The notes under the pieces were generated by a model, which was not told the origin of the DNA, made no database searches, and worked only from the letters and a program-made list of their open reading frames with translations. The translations under genes were made by a program, and so were the position numbers. From Candidatus Parcubacteria bacterium (GTDB lineage Bacteria; Patescibacteriota; Patescibacteriia; Patescibacteriales; UBA12075), in contig CAWFCE010000001.1 of assembly GCA_963814275.1 (NCBI GenBank), forward strand, positions 259,307 to 323,306: a stretch of 64,000 bases of DNA. The letters are read 5' to 3'. Below are positions 7,934 to 16,789 of the stretch, piece after piece. Numbering within the stretch: the first letter of the stretch is position 1; each line of letters opens with the position of its first letter.

Positions 7934-8971
7934 ATGGACGATAAGATAATCATCGAACAACTGAAGAAATTGAGGCAGGTAAGGCCCGATGCCGGTTGGC
8001 AGAAAACCAACCGGGAGATACTTATGAACCAGATCTACGGACCGGATACCGGTAATTACGTTACCGCGCCGAAAGCGGTCTGGACCATGCCGCTACGCTG
8101 GCTCAAGGCAGTGCCTCAGCCGGTGTTGGCGGTTTTTGTGTTGGTCGTGATTCTCCTTACGAGCGGCATAGTCGGCATTCAGGCGGCCAAAGACAGTATT
8201 CCGGGGGACTCGCTCTATATCGCCAAGATCATAAACGAAAAGACCCAATTGGCCCTGACCTTCAACGATACCAAAAAGGCCCAGCTGGGTTTGACATTTG
8301 CCGGCAACCGGGCTGAAGAGCTTAGGAAGGTGCTGGATGAACCGGCCACCGAATCGGCGGAGAAAAGCGAGACCGTGGAGAAACTGGTGCAGAATTTCAA
8401 AAAGGAAATAAGCGATGCCAAGAGCCGAATCGCCAGGATCAACGCCCAGCAGGCGCCGCAGGCCAAACAGCCGGCGAAGACCCCGGCCGCGGCCGAAACG
8501 CCGGCGCTTGCGCCGGCCGGCGAAGATACGGCCGCCAGCAATACCGAGGTATTTGCCGCCAATCTGGGGCGGGACGATAAGGGATTGGAAATATCGGAGC
8601 CGGCAGCGCCGCCGGCCACGGCTGTTCCCGGCGAGGCCGCTACCATGAGCGAACCGGTATTGCCCGATACCGCGACCGCGACCGGCACCGCGACCGGCAC
8701 GCCCGCAGCCGCGGAACCGGCCGCCACCGACGCGACCAAAGTGATCGAGGAAGCGCAGGTACTCTTGGGACAGAAGAATTACGACGAAACCCTGACCAAG
8801 CTCAATGAAGCCGGCGACCTGATCGATATGGTAGATGTCGGCCAGGTAAAGGGCGAAGAAGAAACACCGACTTCGACACCAGCTACCACGACCCCGGAGG
8901 TGAATGGCGAAGAGGATGGGCAAGTGCTGGGGGTGGAAGAGCAGGCGAGTACGACGGAGAATGTGAACTAA
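7934..8971 (+). CDS. Membrane-anchored protein downstream of the ECF sigma (candidate anti-sigma/DUF5667-like), with an Ala/Pro/Thr-rich C-terminus
   Basis: Short cytoplasmic N-terminus, one TM helix (PQPVLAVFVLVVILLTSGIVGI) and an extracytoplasmic helical domain. Its position after the sigma gene supports the call. The family assignment is tentative. Confidence 0.45.
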   Translation: MDDKIIIEQLKKLRQVRPDAGWQKTNREILMNQIYGPDTGNYVTAPKAVWTMPLRWLKAVPQPVLAVFVLVVILLTSGIVGIQAAKDSIPGDSLYIAKIINEKTQLALTFNDTKKAQLGLTFAGNRAEELRKVLDEPATESAEKSETVEKLVQNFKKEISDAKSRIARINAQQAPQAKQPAKTPAAAETPALAPAGEDTAASNTEVFAANLGRDDKGLEISEPAAPPATAVPGEAATMSEPVLPDTATATGTATGTPAAAEPAATDATKVIEEAQVLLGQKNYDETLTKLNEAGDLIDMVDVGQVKGEEETPTSTPATTTPEVNGEEDGQVLGVEEQASTTENVN

Positions 8972-9128
8972 TAACACATAACACATATCACATATCACGT
9001 AGCACGTAACACGCAACAAGGACAATTGATTCGGGACAAAGGTGAAATAAAAAATAAAATGTTTTTTAATAACCAATAATCAAAAGGTTTGGGTATTCGG
9101 TCATTGGTTATTGGGATTTGTTTGGTTA

Positions 9129-9177
9129 CCTGCCTGCCCTGCCTACCGGCAGGCAGGCGGTAGGCAGGGCAGGCAGG
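9129..9177. repeat. 49-nt cctgcc-word palindrome (copy 2)
   Basis: cctgcctgccctgcctaccggcaggcaggcggtaggcagggcaggcagg forms an almost perfect hairpin. Confidence 0.8.
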
Positions 9178-9647
9178 TTGTATCTTTCAGGACGTTCAAT
9201 GTTGATACGTACAATAATCGTTCTAGTGTTGACAAGTTTGGTTACCTGGCGGTAACCAAACTTGTCCGCATTAGCCTGTTGCCAACAGGGATGCGCGGCA
9301 GAAGACCTTTGGCCCCGAAAGGGGCGGGAGGCCGACCTGACGCAAAGGTCGATCCCGGGTGTACCGGGAGTCAAGTCGCACTTATTAAGTTAATTCGCCT
9401 GGCTGTGAACCGCTGATCCAGGACAAATGAGCAAGCTAATTCCCCCTCGTCTTTTCGGTGAGAACCGGAAGCGGGGAGGCAATGAAGGCGCCGGCAAGCC
9501 GACCCTTAATAGTTTTCCCTCACCCAAGAGGCGAGGGGGGAGCGGGATTCCGGCTTATTTGCTTAAATCAGCTCTAGGTACTCAGACCAGGCGTAAAAGG
9601 ATTAATTTCGCCCCGGGCAATCGCTTTGGGCGAAACTCCAGTAGATT

Positions 9648-12600
9648 ATGAAAAAATTACGCAAAGCTCTTGTTGTCGGCGTAATGGGCATGACCGTGCT
9701 GACTATGAGCGTAGTAGCCGCCCCCAAGGCGGGTGCTGTCGCCCAGGCCGGTGATCTCATCAAGATGGACGGACTTTCATCCGTTTATTACTTGGGTGCT
9801 GATAACAAGCGTTACGTTTTCCCTAATGAAAAAACATATTTCAGCTGGTATTCCGACTTTTCGAACGTCGTGACCGTACCGCAGAGCGAATTGGAATCAT
9901 ATCCGCTCGGCGCGAACGTTACCGTTCGTCCCGGAACCAAGCTGGTAAAAATAACGACCGATCCGAAGGTATATGCCGTCGAACCGGGAGGAACCCTTTT
10001 GTGGGTCCCGAGCGAAGCGGTGGCAAAAACCCTTTACGGTGATATGTGGGCCAAGCGCGTCATTGACGTGCCGGATGGCTTCTTCACCAACTACACTGTC
10101 GCGAGCGGACAGGCCACGGCGGATGCATATCCGGCCGGTTCTTTGGTCATGTTCGGCGATGACGCGACCGTGTATTACATCGACGCCAGCGGCAATGCCC
10201 GCCCGATCGCCGATGAGGCCGCTTTCCTGGCGAATCGTTTCAAATGGGACGATATCCTGAAAGCGACCATCGACATGCCGGCGGAAGGCAGCCCGATAAC
10301 GGGCGCTGAAGCCGACCTGACCGACACCTCCGAAGGTGCGGGCGGCATACCCGGCGCGGGTACCGGCCTGACCGTAGCCCTCGCGGGCGACACTCCGGCC
10401 AGCCGCAACATTCCGTCCAATTCGACCCTGGTTCCGTTCACGGTAGTGAACTTTACCGCTTCCAATGACGGTAATGTAACGGTCCGCAACGTAACCTTTA
10501 CCCGCAGTGGCACCGGCGATCCGGCTGATTTTGACGGCGGTTACCTGTTTTTGGGTAACGAACGCCTGACCACCAAGCGGACGGTCAACACTTCGGACAA
10601 TACCATCACTTTCACCGCGGTTAACCTGATGATTCCGGCTGGTATGACCAAGGAAGTATCCTTGTTGATGAATATCGGCTCCACCAAAACCGGCAATCAT
10701 TACTTCGAGATCGCCAAAGCTTCCGACGTCACGACTGACGGCGCCAGCGTAAGCGGCTCCTTCCCGGTTGCCGGCAATACCATGGCTTTGGCCTCGGTTG
10801 ATGCCGCTACCGTAACCGTGACCGGCCAAGCGAACAATTCGACCGCCAAGATCGGTGAGACCAATGTCGTTTTATCAGATTTCGATATTAGGAACGATGA
10901 CAGGGAGATCGTCAACATTTACCGCATCCGCCTGAAACAGGAAGGAACTGCCGGTGATTCTTCGATCAAGAATCTGTCACTCGATCTTGATGGCAATATC
11001 GTTTCCAGCGGTGTTTCCATGGTCAACAAGTATGTCGATTTCGTACTTGACACCCCTCTGCAGCTCAAGAAGAGCCAGACCATCAGCGCGACTGTTCGCG
11101 GTGATGTGGTCGATGATATCGGCAAAACCGTTCAGTTCTATCTGAACAATATCGCCGATATCGATGCGCGCGGTACCGCCTATGGTACTTTCTACAGCGC
11201 CACCATTAGCTCATCCTTTGGCTCTGGTACCGGTTCATCCATCGAGATCGCCGGTTCGGAAATCAACGTCGCTTTCGACGGACCGCAGGCGGAAGATGTC
11301 AAGGATAATACCGACAATGTCAATTTCGCCAACTTCAAGATCAAATCCAATAACCTGGATGTCAATATTGACAATCTGCGGTTGACGATCACAAATGGCG
11401 CGGCCAACAACCATCCGCTCGAGAACGTGGAAATGGTAGATACCGGTAATAACGTATCCTATTCCACCTCCGACACCCCCGCCTCCACTACTGGCGCAAC
11501 TACCGTGAATTTCGAGAATCTTTATCTCGAATCCGGCGTCCAGTATAATTTCCAGATCCAGGGTGATATTCCGGATCTCGAAACTCCTGGCGCGACCTTC
11601 GTGGTTTCGATGAACCTCGCGAACGGAAATGGCTTTACCGCTAATTTCCAGGATAGCGACGAAACCGCGATAGCGGATAGCGACCTGTCTTCCCTTTCCC
11701 TTACGGGCAAGACCATGACAGTTGCTGCTCCGGCTTATACTCTGGCAACAGTAACGACCAATGCTAATACGGTCGTAAAAGACGCTTCCGGTGTCCTGCT
11801 GTTCAAGGGTAAAGTCACCGCGAACAATGTCGATGACCTGAAAATGTCCAAGCTTACCATCGATGGTACATTTGGGTACGATTATGATTTCAGTGATTCC
11901 TTCAGCCGCATTTATCTCTATAAGGTAAATAGCGACAACACCGAAACCAAGCTTGATGACGAAACATCGTTGGCCAAAGCTTCTTTCGCTTTCACGGGTT
12001 TCACCTTGAATATCCCGAAAGGCGTATCGAACGGTGTATATATAGTAGTCCGCGGCGATGTCAAGGATAATCCGACCAGCGGCGCCACTACTACCGTTGG
12101 CTACAATGCCAGCGCGAGCAATTTCATCGTCAAAGATAGCGATAACAATTCGGTTTCACCGACTTCGATCTCAGCGACCGATGGCGGCATGATCACTGTA
12201 GCCACCAAGGGTTCTTATACCATGGTTATGGATACTGAATTATCCGGTATCAATAACGATAAGAACGTCCTGGCCGGCTCCATGCCGTTACTTGGCCGCG
12301 TCAAATTGACTGCCGCCAAAGAAGCTGCGATCGTCGAAGATCTCGTTATCTATAATGCCGGTGATGCCACCAACGCCACTCTGGGCAGATTGTACCTCTA
12401 TGACAACAAGGATATGACCGGTACAGCGCTCGGCAGCGCGGATATGAACGCGGATGCTCATCCGAAAGCATTATTCGATAGTATCAATGTCGAAGTTCCG
12501 ACTTCCGGATCGACCTATCTCTATATTTTCGGTATGGTCAAGAGCATTGATTACTCATCGTCACCGAGCTCCGATGCGACCGCTGCGGCCGGAAAGACCA

Positions 12601-13280
12601 TTCTGTTGAATGTTCCGGATGATGCCGCGGGCTATACCACCAAGGTGACTGGTTCTGATACCGGTGAAGTTTTGGTTGCCACTGCTGGCGGACCTAACGC
12701 AACCGGCAATACCAAGACTTCCTATGTCTATGGTGCGATCGTGTCCAACATCACCACTGCGTTCGCTAATGCCACGCTCCAGACCGGTACCGCGAAGGAT
12801 ATCTTCAGCTTCAAGGTAACCGTACCGAGTTCCGGCAACATCGACATCGATGGCGATCCGCTGGGTGTCAAGCTGGCGACCACCACCTTCAGTGTGGCGA
12901 CCTCCGGCAGCTTCAGCCTGGCTGACTTCCTGGTCTACCGCGTCGGCGGCTCGAATGACGAGCAAGCGGCCAAATACGGCGGCACGACCGCTACGGCGAT
13001 GGATTTCAGCGACAACACCTTCACGGTCAATTTCCTCGACACCTATGGCGCCACCGAAGCCGACCTGACCATCAGGCCCGGCGACACCGCGGAATATGTT
13101 ATCCGCGCGACTGTCGACGGCACAGTTGAAGCCAACAACACGCTGCAGGTGACCCTCGAGACCATTGACACGAATGTGGACTACGTCCATGAGACCGGTA
13201 CTGCCGGCGTTGATACCGCCGTCATTCACCCGCGCTTAACTGGTATATCCAGTGTCCGCGGCGGTTCTCTGACGAAATAG
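9648..13280 (+). CDS. Very large secreted surface protein (S-layer/adhesin-like)
   Basis: 1210 aa with an N-terminal signal peptide (MKKLRKALVVGVMGMTVLTMSVVAAPKAGA). The translation has no cysteine and is rich in T/S/N/G/A/V with repetitive beta-type modules. A strong terminator follows. Confidence 0.7.
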   Translation: MKKLRKALVVGVMGMTVLTMSVVAAPKAGAVAQAGDLIKMDGLSSVYYLGADNKRYVFPNEKTYFSWYSDFSNVVTVPQSELESYPLGANVTVRPGTKLVKITTDPKVYAVEPGGTLLWVPSEAVAKTLYGDMWAKRVIDVPDGFFTNYTVASGQATADAYPAGSLVMFGDDATVYYIDASGNARPIADEAAFLANRFKWDDILKATIDMPAEGSPITGAEADLTDTSEGAGGIPGAGTGLTVALAGDTPASRNIPSNSTLVPFTVVNFTASNDGNVTVRNVTFTRSGTGDPADFDGGYLFLGNERLTTKRTVNTSDNTITFTAVNLMIPAGMTKEVSLLMNIGSTKTGNHYFEIAKASDVTTDGASVSGSFPVAGNTMALASVDAATVTVTGQANNSTAKIGETNVVLSDFDIRNDDREIVNIYRIRLKQEGTAGDSSIKNLSLDLDGNIVSSGVSMVNKYVDFVLDTPLQLKKSQTISATVRGDVVDDIGKTVQFYLNNIADIDARGTAYGTFYSATISSSFGSGTGSSIEIAGSEINVAFDGPQAEDVKDNTDNVNFANFKIKSNNLDVNIDNLRLTITNGAANNHPLENVEMVDTGNNVSYSTSDTPASTTGATTVNFENLYLESGVQYNFQIQGDIPDLETPGATFVVSMNLANGNGFTANFQDSDETAIADSDLSSLSLTGKTMTVAAPAYTLATVTTNANTVVKDASGVLLFKGKVTANNVDDLKMSKLTIDGTFGYDYDFSDSFSRIYLYKVNSDNTETKLDDETSLAKASFAFTGFTLNIPKGVSNGVYIVVRGDVKDNPTSGATTTVGYNASASNFIVKDSDNNSVSPTSISATDGGMITVATKGSYTMVMDTELSGINNDKNVLAGSMPLLGRVKLTAAKEAAIVEDLVIYNAGDATNATLGRLYLYDNKDMTGTALGSADMNADAHPKALFDSINVEVPTSGSTYLYIFGMVKSIDYSSSPSSDATAAAGKTILLNVPDDAAGYTTKVTGSDTGEVLVATAGGPNATGNTKTSYVYGAIVSNITTAFANATLQTGTAKDIFSFKVTVPSSGNIDIDGDPLGVKLATTTFSVATSGSFSLADFLVYRVGGSNDEQAAKYGGTTATAMDFSDNTFTVNFLDTYGATEADLTIRPGDTAEYVIRATVDGTVEANNTLQVTLETIDTNVDYVHETGTAGVDTAVIHPRLTGISSVRGGSLTK

Positions 13281-13318
13281 TCTTTCCTAGTTACTGTTGA
13301 GATAGTACATAAACCAAA

Positions 13319-13357
13319 CAACCCCCTCGGTAATGCACCGAGGGGGTTTTGGTTTTT
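13319..13357 (+). terminator. Rho-independent terminator after the giant gene
   Basis: Hairpin ccccctcgg-taatgca-ccgaggggg followed by ttttggtttttt. Confidence 0.8.
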
Positions 13358-13397
13358 TCCGGAGATCGGGGATCGTAGATTAATAAGATAAAAAATT

Positions 13398-13672
13398 ACT
13401 GTCATTGCGAGCCCCGATCGCATCGGGGCGAAGCAATCCCGGGGCGCGATGAACGCCTATCGAAAACTGCCCTATCATCAAAGTTTAGTTTTTTGTGGGA
13501 CGGGATTGCTTCTCCGCCTATCGGCGGATCGCAATGACAATTATAAAATATGATTGTCATTTTACCCATAAAATTTTTCAAAGAACCAAAAATTTAAAAA
13601 TCGTAATAAATTCCTCGCGCCCCGGGATTGCTTCGTCGTCCCGAGGCTTCGGGACTCCTCGCAATGACAGTA
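13398..13672. repeat. Nested palindromic MITE-like repeat (gtcattgcgag / gaagcaatcc family), locus 1
   Basis: The left end, tactgtcattgcgag...gaagcaatcccggggcgcga, is the inverse of the right end, tcgcgccccgggattgcttc...ctcgcaatgacagta. An extra inverted module lies inside at 13498-13540. Confidence 0.7.
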
Positions 13673-13759
13673 AAATTTTGTATTTTTAACTTTAATAATT
13701 TAAAGATTTTTAATAAAATATAAAAAATGATATAATATAAATACAAATACTAACATTAA

Positions 13760-14365
13760 ATCTACTATTCCTCGGGGCTCTGCCCCGGGGTTTCCTTCAG
13801 GAGGGAAAGTTTGAAAACCGTAGGTTTTCAAGAGGTTGATTAACAGCTAAACTATGTATATATGGATAAAGATGATAAACATATATACAAAAGGCACAGC
13901 AAGACATTGCTACTCTACCACATAGTTTTTCCTGTAAAATATCGACGCTCTATTCTAACTCCTGAAGTTGAAAATTCATTGAAAGATATTTGTCTGGAAA
14001 TTGGAATTTGCTATGAAATGAATTTTGTAGAAATCGGAGCCGACGAAAATCACGTACACTATTTAGTCCAGGGAATTCCAAGCATGTCGGTTTCAGAAAT
14101 GGTGAAAACGATCAAAAGCATAACTGGAAAAGGGCTATTCAAGAAGCATCCGGAAATCAGGAAAATATTGTGGGGTGGAAATCTTTGGACATCAGGTTTT
14201 TATGCAAACACGGTCGGACAATACGGTAATGAAAAGATGATTAAGGAATATATCGAAAAACAGGGCGGAAGCTACAAAAAGATACACGAAGGTCAGCTAA
14301 AACTGTTTGATTAACAAAAACATCGGAACATCCCCGATACCTCGGGGCTCTGCCCCGGGGTAATT
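13760..14365 (+). mobile_element. IS200/IS605-family insertion sequence (tnpA only)
   Basis: A Y1/HUH transposase gene is flanked by identical subterminal hairpins, cctcggggctctgccccgggg, at 13770-13790 and 14340-14360. The exact termini were not determined. Confidence 0.75.
13862..14314 (+). CDS. tnpA: IS200-type transposase TnpA (HUH/Y1)
   Basis: LLYHIVFPVKYRR, the HUH motif in ENHVHYLV, and a catalytic-Tyr region SGFYANTVG. At 150 aa the size is typical. Confidence 0.9.
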   Translation: MDKDDKHIYKRHSKTLLLYHIVFPVKYRRSILTPEVENSLKDICLEIGICYEMNFVEIGADENHVHYLVQGIPSMSVSEMVKTIKSITGKGLFKKHPEIRKILWGGNLWTSGFYANTVGQYGNEKMIKEYIEKQGGSYKKIHEGQLKLFD

Positions 14366-14376
14366 CATTAAACAAT

Positions 14377-16785
14377 ATGGATCATAAGAAATTCATACTT
14401 TTCGCGTCCCTTTTATTCATCGGTATCCTGTATTTCGGGGCCCGGCCGGCGCGGGCGGCGGTCGATCTGGCTTTGACCAAGATCAAGGTGGATCCGGCGG
14501 AACCGGCCTGGAACGAGCCCGTAACGATCACTGCCACCGTGGTCAATAACGGCGACGAGACGATTTTCGATATGGCAGGGCTGGAAAGCGTCAATCTTAA
14601 TTTCCAGGACTGGAACCAGACCCGGCTGATCATGCCCCAGACCGCAGCCGGCACATCACTGGCTCCGGCTAAGTCGGTTACCTATACGATCGAGGGTTAT
14701 TTCTTCAGCGAAGGCCAGAAGAATGTCGGCTTCGGCGTGGATGACGCCAATCTTCTCGATGAATGGAAAGAAGGGAATAATTACGACTATATCAAGGTCA
14801 ATGTCGTATCGCAGAACGACCTGTCAGTCGAATCAATCGGCGTCTATCCGTCGAGCCCGGCGGCCGACCAGGACTGCATCATCACGGTCACGGTCAAGAA
14901 TAAGGGTTTTGCCACGGTCAAATCCAATTACGCGGCCAATGAATATTACTATTCCTTTGCCGATTTTACCGAAAGGGAGAAAGAAGAGCCGGAATTTGGC
15001 TCCGATAACCCGATCCGGACCGGCGAGACCTACGAATACAAGTTCTACGGCAAGTTCCGGACCGAGGGGGCGAAAAGCCTGGTTTTCAGGATAGACAAAG
15101 ACGACAAGCTGGAAGAAAAAGACGAGGAAAACAACGAAAAGAGCGCGGACGTCACCGTCGTGTCGCCGACCGCGATCGACCTGTCCGTGTCTTCGATCGA
15201 GCTGAGCAAGGACTCGCCCCTCCTGGGGGAAACAGTCAGCATCACGGTCAAGGCCAAGAACACCGGCAAGATAATGCTCATGTCCGACGCCGGCCTGCGC
15301 TACGACAAGAACATCCTGGTATTCCCCACGATCGACGAAGAGGTACGTTATAATTTTCCCGATTTTAAAGTCGAAAGCTTCAAGGGCGGCGCTTATCCGG
15401 CCTACGGCTCCCCCCTGCAGCCGGGCGCGGAATTCAGCTATACGTATACCGGCAAATTTTTCAATAACGCGGGCGACCGCACCTTGTCTTTTTCGGTTAA
15501 TACCAACGAGCGGCTGCACGAAAAGGATAAAACGAATAACACCCTTACGAAAACGGTCCGGGTATACGACACCCAGGCCGCCCGCGACGAATTCGAATTG
15601 GGCGACATCAAGGCCGAATTCTATTCGACCAGCTCAGCGAAGATCAGCTGGCATACGAGCAAATCCGCCTCCTCAAAGCTGGAATACAAGCGTTATGATT
15701 TTACCGGCTGGATCGATGCCAATTCCGATACCGCCCTGGAGCACTCGCGCACCCTGACCGGCCTGGAAACCAACCACGCCTACGATTACCGTATCACCGC
15801 CACTTTCGGTACGATCAGCAAGGAAGCCAAGGACCTTAAGTTCACTACCCCCAAGGATGATTCCGTCAAGGTCACGGCCGGCCCGCGTTATCAGGCGGCC
15901 GGCAAGGACGTGACATTCACCTGGACGACCGATAAATTGTCGGATTCGCTGGTCTTTTACCGAAAACAGGGAGCGACACAATGGATCACGGCCAGCAGCA
16001 AGGAGCTGGTTACCGCCCACAGCCTTTCCGCCGCCAAGCTGGGTGACGGGGATTATGAATATTACGTCCGTTCGGCCGCGCAGCCCGGAACAGTTATCGA
16101 ATCGACCGCCGTTCCGTTCAGTATCGGCAACGCACAGCAGCAGGAAGCGGCGACGGCCGATACTCCGACTGCCGCCGGCCAAGGAGACAACAGTGCCGGC
16201 GAAAGCGATACGGGCGCCGTTAACGCGCAAACAGCGGCCGTTACCAACCGGGAAATGTATTCCCGGCTAAAGGGCAAAATACTGCTGACGGTCGAAAATA
16301 ACGGCGAAGCTTATTATGTAAGCCCGGCGAGGGAAGAACGGTTTTATCTGGGCCGGCCGGATGACGCTTTCACGGTCATGCGCGAGCAGGGAGTGGGGAT
16401 TACGGACGATAATCTAAGCCGTATCCCGATCGGCCTGGCCGCCGTTACCGGAGTTGACAGCGACGGTGACGGCTTATCCGATATGTTCGAAGACGCGATC
16501 AAGACCGACAAGACCAAACCGGACACTGACGGCGACGGTTATCCGGACAGCCAGGAAGTGCAGAACGGCTATGATCCGCGCGGCGGCAATACCATCACCA
16601 CCGATACTTCATTCGGCGCGTCCCAGGCCGGCAAGATCTTCCTCCAGGTGCAGTCCCACGGCGAAGCCTGGTACGTCAATCCCGCGGACGGCAAGCGCTA
16701 TTTCCTGGGCCGGCCGGGAGATGCCTTTGCTATTATGCGGACTTTGGGGTTGGGGATCAGCAATGCGGATTTCGAGAGACTGTAA
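14377..16785 (+). CDS. Secreted multi-domain surface protein (CARDB repeats, FN3-like domains, TSP3-type Ca-binding repeats, CPR-type C-terminal repeats)
   Basis: Signal/TM N-terminus followed by repeated DL.V..I...P....E.V.I...V.N.G modules ending in E.NE.NN (CARDB). Also present: ISWHTSK..SKLEY...LTGLETNHAYDYRI (FN3), DSDGDGLSD...DTDGDGYPD (TSP3), and two GK(I)LLxVxxxGEAWYVxPxxxxRYxLGRPxDAF repeats. Confidence 0.75.
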   Translation: MDHKKFILFASLLFIGILYFGARPARAAVDLALTKIKVDPAEPAWNEPVTITATVVNNGDETIFDMAGLESVNLNFQDWNQTRLIMPQTAAGTSLAPAKSVTYTIEGYFFSEGQKNVGFGVDDANLLDEWKEGNNYDYIKVNVVSQNDLSVESIGVYPSSPAADQDCIITVTVKNKGFATVKSNYAANEYYYSFADFTEREKEEPEFGSDNPIRTGETYEYKFYGKFRTEGAKSLVFRIDKDDKLEEKDEENNEKSADVTVVSPTAIDLSVSSIELSKDSPLLGETVSITVKAKNTGKIMLMSDAGLRYDKNILVFPTIDEEVRYNFPDFKVESFKGGAYPAYGSPLQPGAEFSYTYTGKFFNNAGDRTLSFSVNTNERLHEKDKTNNTLTKTVRVYDTQAARDEFELGDIKAEFYSTSSAKISWHTSKSASSKLEYKRYDFTGWIDANSDTALEHSRTLTGLETNHAYDYRITATFGTISKEAKDLKFTTPKDDSVKVTAGPRYQAAGKDVTFTWTTDKLSDSLVFYRKQGATQWITASSKELVTAHSLSAAKLGDGDYEYYVRSAAQPGTVIESTAVPFSIGNAQQQEAATADTPTAAGQGDNSAGESDTGAVNAQTAAVTNREMYSRLKGKILLTVENNGEAYYVSPAREERFYLGRPDDAFTVMREQGVGITDDNLSRIPIGLAAVTGVDSDGDGLSDMFEDAIKTDKTKPDTDGDGYPDSQEVQNGYDPRGGNTITTDTSFGASQAGKIFLQVQSHGEAWYVNPADGKRYFLGRPGDAFAIMRTLGLGISNADFERL

Positions 16786-16789
16786 TTAA

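Noticed and set aside
8093-9076. Long antisense or alternative-frame ORFs inside GC-rich genes: 848-1378, 882-1430, 8093-9076, 9897-10829, 12561-13229, 14833-15519, 17339-18205, 18269-19324, 20818-21561, 24805-25578, 31394-32308, 33471-34193, 34087-34743, 44790-45689, 60340-61197, 61794-62546 and 61912-62802.
   Set aside because: They overlap genes with clear family signatures on the opposite strand or in another frame, and have Arg/Gly/Pro-rich low-complexity composition typical of shadow ORFs.
9290-9480. Fragments resembling riboswitch cores: GACGCAAAGG (c-di-GMP-I), GCAGAAGACC (B12 box), GGTGAGAACCGG (cobalamin), GAACCGCTGATCCAGG (TPP-like), and CCGGCTTAT (RNase P CR-V-like).
   Set aside because: In each case the other obligatory conserved elements, or their order and spacing, are missing. 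For example, the B12-box-like string lies 5' of the GGTGAGAA string, there is no P3 between CUGUGA and ACC, and there is no GGAAAGTCC. The region is reported only as an unassigned structured leader.
13495-13689. ORFs lying on repeats: 13495-13689, 16817-17105, 17067-17276, 19800-20055, 25658-25936, 7615-7899 and 9111-9651.
   Set aside because: They are translations of palindromic, tandem or word repeats (recurrent SRPGIAS, EGRKGRRD and similar) and lack start-site signals.
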